Assembly (NCBI GenBank): GCA_039589315.1
Contig: JBDHHQ010000006.1
Coordinates: forward strand, 1-64,000
DNA from: Gemmatimonadota bacterium
GTDB taxonomy: Bacteria > Gemmatimonadota > Gemmatimonadetes > Longimicrobiales > Gaopeijiaceae
Reading direction: 5' to 3'
DNA length: 64,000 nt
Positions 57,416 through 64,000 of this stretch are shown piece after piece. Under the pieces are notes generated by a model. It saw only the letters and a list, made by a program, of their open reading frames with translations. It was not told the DNA's origin and made no database searches. Each line of letters starts with the position of its first letter. Positions within the stretch are counted from its first letter, which is position 1. Both the position numbers and the translations under genes were made by a program.

Positions 57416-59820
57416 GGCCGGTCCAGGGCGTCGAAGGTCACGTTCCAGATCGGGTACCGTTCCCATCCGTCGTAATCGAAGTGCCACCACTCGAAGTCGT
57501 ACACCCTGAATCCCTCGGCCTCCATGGCGTCCCGCAGCAGCTCGCGGTGCCACCGCTGCCGGGAGGTTCCGCCGGCGTAGTCCGGGAACGAGCGCTCGGA
57601 GAACTCGTCGTAGACGCTCGTCATGGCGACGGGCTCGCCCGTGGCCCGATCGAAGAGCGTGAGGTCGACGGCGGCGCCGCGGTTGTGCCGTGACCCACTG
57701 GACGGGTCAGCCACGAAGATCTTCATGCTCTCCGGGGTGGCGTCCCAGAACATCTTCGTCACGTACCAGGGCCGATACGCGTCGTGGATGAGGAGCCCGT
57801 AGCCGTGCTCCTCCAGACGCCAATGGACCCTGGCCAGAGCTTCGGCTGCCGGCCGCTGCAGGAAGGCGCGGGGCTCCGTGTAGAACGGGGTCGACATGAA
57901 GTTGTCGCTGGTCGCATAGCGAACGTCGAGACGGATCGAGGGGTCGAGGGAGGTCACCTCGACCAGGTCCGGCTCCAGGAACTCACCCGGCTCTGGCGGC
58001 GGACTCGCCGAGAGAGCCTCGGCCCGGAGCTCGGCCAGGGCTATCACCGGTTCGATCCGGAACACGTCTCCGTCACTGGGGCCGACGTTCCGGCGCTCGA
58101 AGGGGATGCCCGCCGCAACGGCCCCGGTGGCCCGACCCGAGGCGTCCCTGCGGAAGACGAGCTCCTCACCGTGGTAGAGCCCTCGGTCGCCCGGGAAGGC
58201 GTACCGGTCCTCTCCGAGCCGCTCCATGGGGTTGAGCTCCAACCATTCGATCAGCGTCCAGAGCTGTCCGTCACGCTCGAAGACGAACAGGACGTTGTGG
58301 TCCCAGCCGTACTCGCCGATCAGTCCTCGCCACTCGTCGGACACCGGATCGGGCCGGTCCCAATCCTCCCTGCGTAGGGTTCGATTCCCGACGGTGATCG
58401 TGCCGTCCTCGACCGCCTCGACGCGGCCGAACGCCATGCGGTCGTCTACGACCAGCCCGTCGTCCATGGTTCGCATCTCCAGCCGGTACCCGCCCCGCGT
58501 CTGGGTGACGAAAAGCTGGTCGCCGCGGGCCTGCAGATCCAGGCCGCCCTCGTCGTCCCGGTACCGGCCCGCAAGATCGTCCGCGATACCGGGCGGCAAG
58601 GGCTTGCTCGACTCGAGGGCGGGCAGGGGGGTGCCCTCCCGGTAGGCGAGCATGAGCCTCAACGCAGCACTGGCGATGCGACCCGTCACTCCGTTGGAGA
58701 AATCCCGCGTGGTGGCCACGACCACGCCGAGCCTCTGGTCGGGCAGTGCCGCCAGCTGGGTGGAGAATCCGTAGATCGCTCCCCCATGGCCCACCTGGCG
58801 CTCACCGTCGAGCATCGTGATCCCGAAGCCGATCCCTCGGCCGGTCGCGGCGCCCGCCTCGTCGAATTGGGGCGTCCACATGGTGTCCAACGTCTCGGGG
58901 GCCAGGATCCGGCCGTCCCGCCCTTCGCCCCCGGCGAAGAGAGCCGACATGAAGAGGGCGAGGTCGGTGACCGTGGCGTACATGCTACCGGCGGGAGACA
59001 TGCCGAGCTCGAAGGTGGGCGCCGTGAACTCCCGTCCGTCGTAGCTCCACATGACGGCGCCGGCGAGATCCTCGGTGATGTCGGACCTGGGGACGAACGC
59101 GCTGTGCCGCATGCCCAGCGGGCGGAGCACCGCGTGGTCCAGGTACTCCGCGAAGGGCTGGCGCCGGGTGCGCTCCAGCACATACCCCACCACGGCGATG
59201 GCCGCGTTCGAGTACTTGTGACGCGACTCCGGAGCGTACACCAACGAGGTGCCGTTGAGGCTCGCGACCGTAGCCTCGAGGCTGGGCTCGGTGGGATCGA
59301 AGTAGTGACCCACCGGCGGCTCCCGGACGAGACCAGACCTGTGGGACAGAAGCTGCCGCAGCGTGATCTCTCCGCCGAAGGGGTTCTCCGGGGCGAAGTC
59401 CGGCAGGTACCGCTGCACGGGGGCGTCCAGGTCCAACTCCCCCCGCTCCACCAGCTGCATGACGGCGACGTCCGTGAACAGCTTCGAGACGGAGCCGACT
59501 CGGTAGACCGTCGCGGCAGTGGCAGGCTCGCCCGTCTCGGGATCCTGCGCCCCGAAGCCTCGGGCCCACACCAGCTCCTGGTCGTCCACGAGCGCGATGG
59601 AGAGGGCGGGAAGCTCCTTCTGCTCCATCTCCGCGGCGATGAACGTCTCGAGGGCCTCCGTGACGGGAGCCCAATCCTCGGCCGTCGCCGGTCCCTCGGG
59701 AGCGTCCGTTCCCAGTGTGCCGCAGCCCCATGCGGCTGCAAGGAGCAGGCCGGCGCACCACACCCGACTGCGGAGCGACGACAACGAACGGACTCCACGA
59801 TCGCACACGGACAGCTGCAT
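57412..59820 (-). CDS. Beta-lactamase-fold serine hydrolase fused to VanX-type (M15D) D-Ala-D-Ala dipeptidase
   Basis: N-terminal SVSK, YSN, HGG. C-terminal DAYRPW, GSRHNRGAAVD, EWWHFD. Possible lipobox AWGC. Confidence 0.9.
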   Translation of the reverse strand: MQLSVCDRGVRSLSSLRSRVWCAGLLLAAAWGCGTLGTDAPEGPATAEDWAPVTEALETFIAAEMEQKELPALSIALVDDQELVWARGFGAQDPETGEPATAATVYRVGSVSKLFTDVAVMQLVERGELDLDAPVQRYLPDFAPENPFGGEITLRQLLSHRSGLVREPPVGHYFDPTEPSLEATVASLNGTSLVYAPESRHKYSNAAIAVVGYVLERTRRQPFAEYLDHAVLRPLGMRHSAFVPRSDITEDLAGAVMWSYDGREFTAPTFELGMSPAGSMYATVTDLALFMSALFAGGEGRDGRILAPETLDTMWTPQFDEAGAATGRGIGFGITMLDGERQVGHGGAIYGFSTQLAALPDQRLGVVVATTRDFSNGVTGRIASAALRLMLAYREGTPLPALESSKPLPPGIADDLAGRYRDDEGGLDLQARGDQLFVTQTRGGYRLEMRTMDDGLVVDDRMAFGRVEAVEDGTITVGNRTLRREDWDRPDPVSDEWRGLIGEYGWDHNVLFVFERDGQLWTLIEWLELNPMERLGEDRYAFPGDRGLYHGEELVFRRDASGRATGAVAAGIPFERRNVGPSDGDVFRIEPVIALAELRAEALSASPPPEPGEFLEPDLVEVTSLDPSIRLDVRYATSDNFMSTPFYTEPRAFLQRPAAEALARVHWRLEEHGYGLLIHDAYRPWYVTKMFWDATPESMKIFVADPSSGSRHNRGAAVDLTLFDRATGEPVAMTSVYDEFSERSFPDYAGGTSRQRWHRELLRDAMEAEGFRVYDFEWWHFDYDGWERYPIWNVTFDALDRP

Positions 59821-59962
59821 CGGTTCGACCCTCGCTGTGGCGCGGTTCGGGGCGACGGGCCGAGCCCGCGGCGCACCCCCACTGGCCAGAAAGGCTACCT
59901 CACGACGACGCCGCTCGCCACTCGCCTGTTCTGCCGCTGCCTCCTGGCATTGCCAACGCCCG

Positions 59963-60376
59963 TCAGGTCGTCAGTAACGCCTGCAGCTCTCCGAGCTCCT
60001 CGGACCACCCCTCGGTGTTCTGTTGCTGATGATGATCGGTTCGGAAGCCTGACTCCCGAAGGCGGAGAATCGTCCCGCCCCCGTCTCTCGGGCTGAGGCT
60101 CCACTCCACCAGGGTCGAGGGCGCGTCGTCGAAGTCCACGTCCGGTTCGTGGACCCACCGCCAGACGAAGCGGTGCGGTGGGTCGACTACTTCGACCCGG
60201 ACGGCGAACGAGCCGTGCTGGTCCCAGATCATCGCGCCGTCGCTCCCCGGAGTCAGATCGAGTCGGGTGTCGTCGCCGAACCACTGGGACAGCTCTGCCG
60301 GATCGGTGATCGCTCTCCACACGCGCTCGGGGGAGGCGTCGAACTCCATCGTCTTCTCGATCGTGCGCTCGCTCAT
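59963..60376 (-). CDS. SRPBCC/AHSA1 domain protein
   Basis: ASPERVWRAITDP..LSQWF, VDPPHRFVWRW, GGTILRLRESGF, EGW. ATGA-coupled to arsR. Confidence 0.9.
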   Translation of the reverse strand: MSERTIEKTMEFDASPERVWRAITDPAELSQWFGDDTRLDLTPGSDGAMIWDQHGSFAVRVEVVDPPHRFVWRWVHEPDVDFDDAPSTLVEWSLSPRDGGGTILRLRESGFRTDHHQQQNTEGWSEELGELQALLTT

Positions 60377-60681
60377 CGGTCTTCCTCCAGGTGTTGGCGA
60401 AGTCGCGCCAGACGTTCGTCCCACGCAGCCGCGTAGGGGGCCAACCAGGCGTCGATGGCCTCGAGGGGCGTGGCCCGGAGCTCGTGGTACCGTTCACGGC
60501 CTCGGACCACCCGGCGGATGAGCCGCGCGCCTTCGAGCACGTCCAGGTGCTTCGTGACGGCCTGCCGGCTCATGGGCAGCGGCTCGCTGAGCTGCTTCAC
60601 CGTCAGCGGGCCCTCACGACGAAGCCGCTCGAGGATCTCTCTGCGCGTGGGGTCGGCGACCGCTCCGAACACGTCTGACAT
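60373..60681 (-). CDS. ArsR/SmtB family transcriptional regulator
   Basis: FGAVADPTRREIL, MSRQAVTKHLDVLE.A.LI, GRER, WDERL. Confidence 0.92.
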   Translation of the reverse strand: MSDVFGAVADPTRREILERLRREGPLTVKQLSEPLPMSRQAVTKHLDVLEGARLIRRVVRGRERYHELRATPLEAIDAWLAPYAAAWDERLARLRQHLEEDR

Positions 60682-60687
60682 GAGAGG

Positions 60688-60717
60688 ATCATATGCAACC
60701 ATATGGTTGCATGTCAA
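60688..60717 (-). promoter_or_regulatory. Sigma70 promoter with ArsR operator palindrome, probably leaderless
   Basis: TTGACA-18-TATGAT-6-ATG. Perfect 20-bp palindrome ATGCAACCATATGGTTGCAT (60693-60712) fills the spacer. Confidence 0.88.
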
Positions 60718-60776
60718 GAGCGGCTGCCCCAGGGGGGGTGGGAAGGGGTGGCGGAGAGGCGGCAGAAGCCCGGAGG

Positions 60777-61460
60777 CTAACGAGCCTGGAGTCGCTCCAG
60801 GGCTGCCGCCGCATCGGCGTTGCCTCGAACGGCGGACTCCCGGTACCAGCGCCGCGCCTCGTCCCGGTTCGCTGGCACGCCACGCCCCTCCTCGTACATC
60901 ATCCCGAGGCGCAGGGCCGGGATGGCATCGCCCTGCCTGGCTGCCTCGAGCCACCAGATGACCGCGAGGGAGTCGCTTTGCTCGACGCCCTCTCCCTCGA
61001 AATAGACGTTGCCGAGATTGTGCTGGGCCAGGACATGCTTGCTGACCGCCGCTCTGAGGTACCACACGACGGCCTCGAGGGGGTTCTTCTCGACGCCAAG
61101 AGCCTCGGCGTGGGCAGTCCCCATGAGGAATTGCGCTTCGGCAAGGCCCGAGTCCGCGACCGCTCGTACCTGATCGATGACGCCGGCCGCCAGGGCGCGG
61201 GCGCGCTCGGGATCCTCCTCGAACCCCATGCGGCCCCTGGAGTGAACCCGGGCCAGCCACATGACCGAGATGGGGTCTTCGTCGGCGACGGCTTGGCGGA
61301 GGAGATCGGCCGCTCGTTCGTTGTCCACAGTCCCTGCGACGCCCGTGTACCACTCGATGGACTCGGCCAGGCGCGGGTCCAGCTCCTGGGCCGCGGCGTC
61401 ACCCGGGTGCGCGAGGACGGCGACGGCAACGCTGGCGAGGACGATGGACCGAACCGTCAT
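60777..61460 (-). CDS. Sel1-like repeat protein, secreted
   Basis: AQFLMG...GVEKN..EAVVWY, AQHNLGNVYFEGEGV, LGMMYEEGRGV...EARRWY. Confidence 0.9.
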   Translation of the reverse strand: MTVRSIVLASVAVAVLAHPGDAAAQELDPRLAESIEWYTGVAGTVDNERAADLLRQAVADEDPISVMWLARVHSRGRMGFEEDPERARALAAGVIDQVRAVADSGLAEAQFLMGTAHAEALGVEKNPLEAVVWYLRAAVSKHVLAQHNLGNVYFEGEGVEQSDSLAVIWWLEAARQGDAIPALRLGMMYEEGRGVPANRDEARRWYRESAVRGNADAAAALERLQAR

Positions 61461-61566
61461 GGCAGGCTCTCGAGTTTGAGGATCCACACTGGAACGGTGA
61501 TTCTCCGAGACGCTGCGGGCAAGACGGGTCGTTCCACACCGGTATCGAGCCGCCCAACCTCGAGTC

Positions 61567-64000
<2,434 letters not shown>

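Noticed and set aside
57412..58010. Vancomycin resistance cassette
   Set aside because: Only a fused VanX-type domain is present, with no vanH, vanA or regulators.

Overview
GC-rich, densely coding bacterial chromosomal segment. The gene repertoire (three Vps10/BNR beta-propeller proteins, two orphan duplicated MacB-type permeases, BTAD/TPR and Ser/Thr kinase-TPR proteins, many secreted peptidases and amidohydrolases) suggests Gemmatimonadota or a similar lineage; that assignment is inference. The best-supported element is a formate dehydrogenase-N operon (fdnGHI-fdhE). Its alpha subunit is a selenoprotein split by the ORF caller at an in-frame UGA (5052-5054) followed by a well-placed SECIS hairpin. 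It is preceded by nhaC and a structured leader containing overlapping mini-ORFs, and followed by feoAB with a Fur-like box. Other points of interest: an adenylate-cyclase-like/BTAD/TM/TPR fusion with altered base-specifying residues, a translationally coupled Vps10 + multicopper oxidase + amidohydrolase trio, a beta-lactamase-fold/VanX fusion in a D-amino-acid hydrolase cluster, a MarR gene broken by an internal deletion, several orphan gene 3' ends (deletion scars), a GTTC-N7-GTTC (LexA-type) box and two apparently leaderless regulator promoters. I found no rRNA, tRNA, CRISPR array, transposase or prophage. All family calls come from motif recognition by eye, not database searches.
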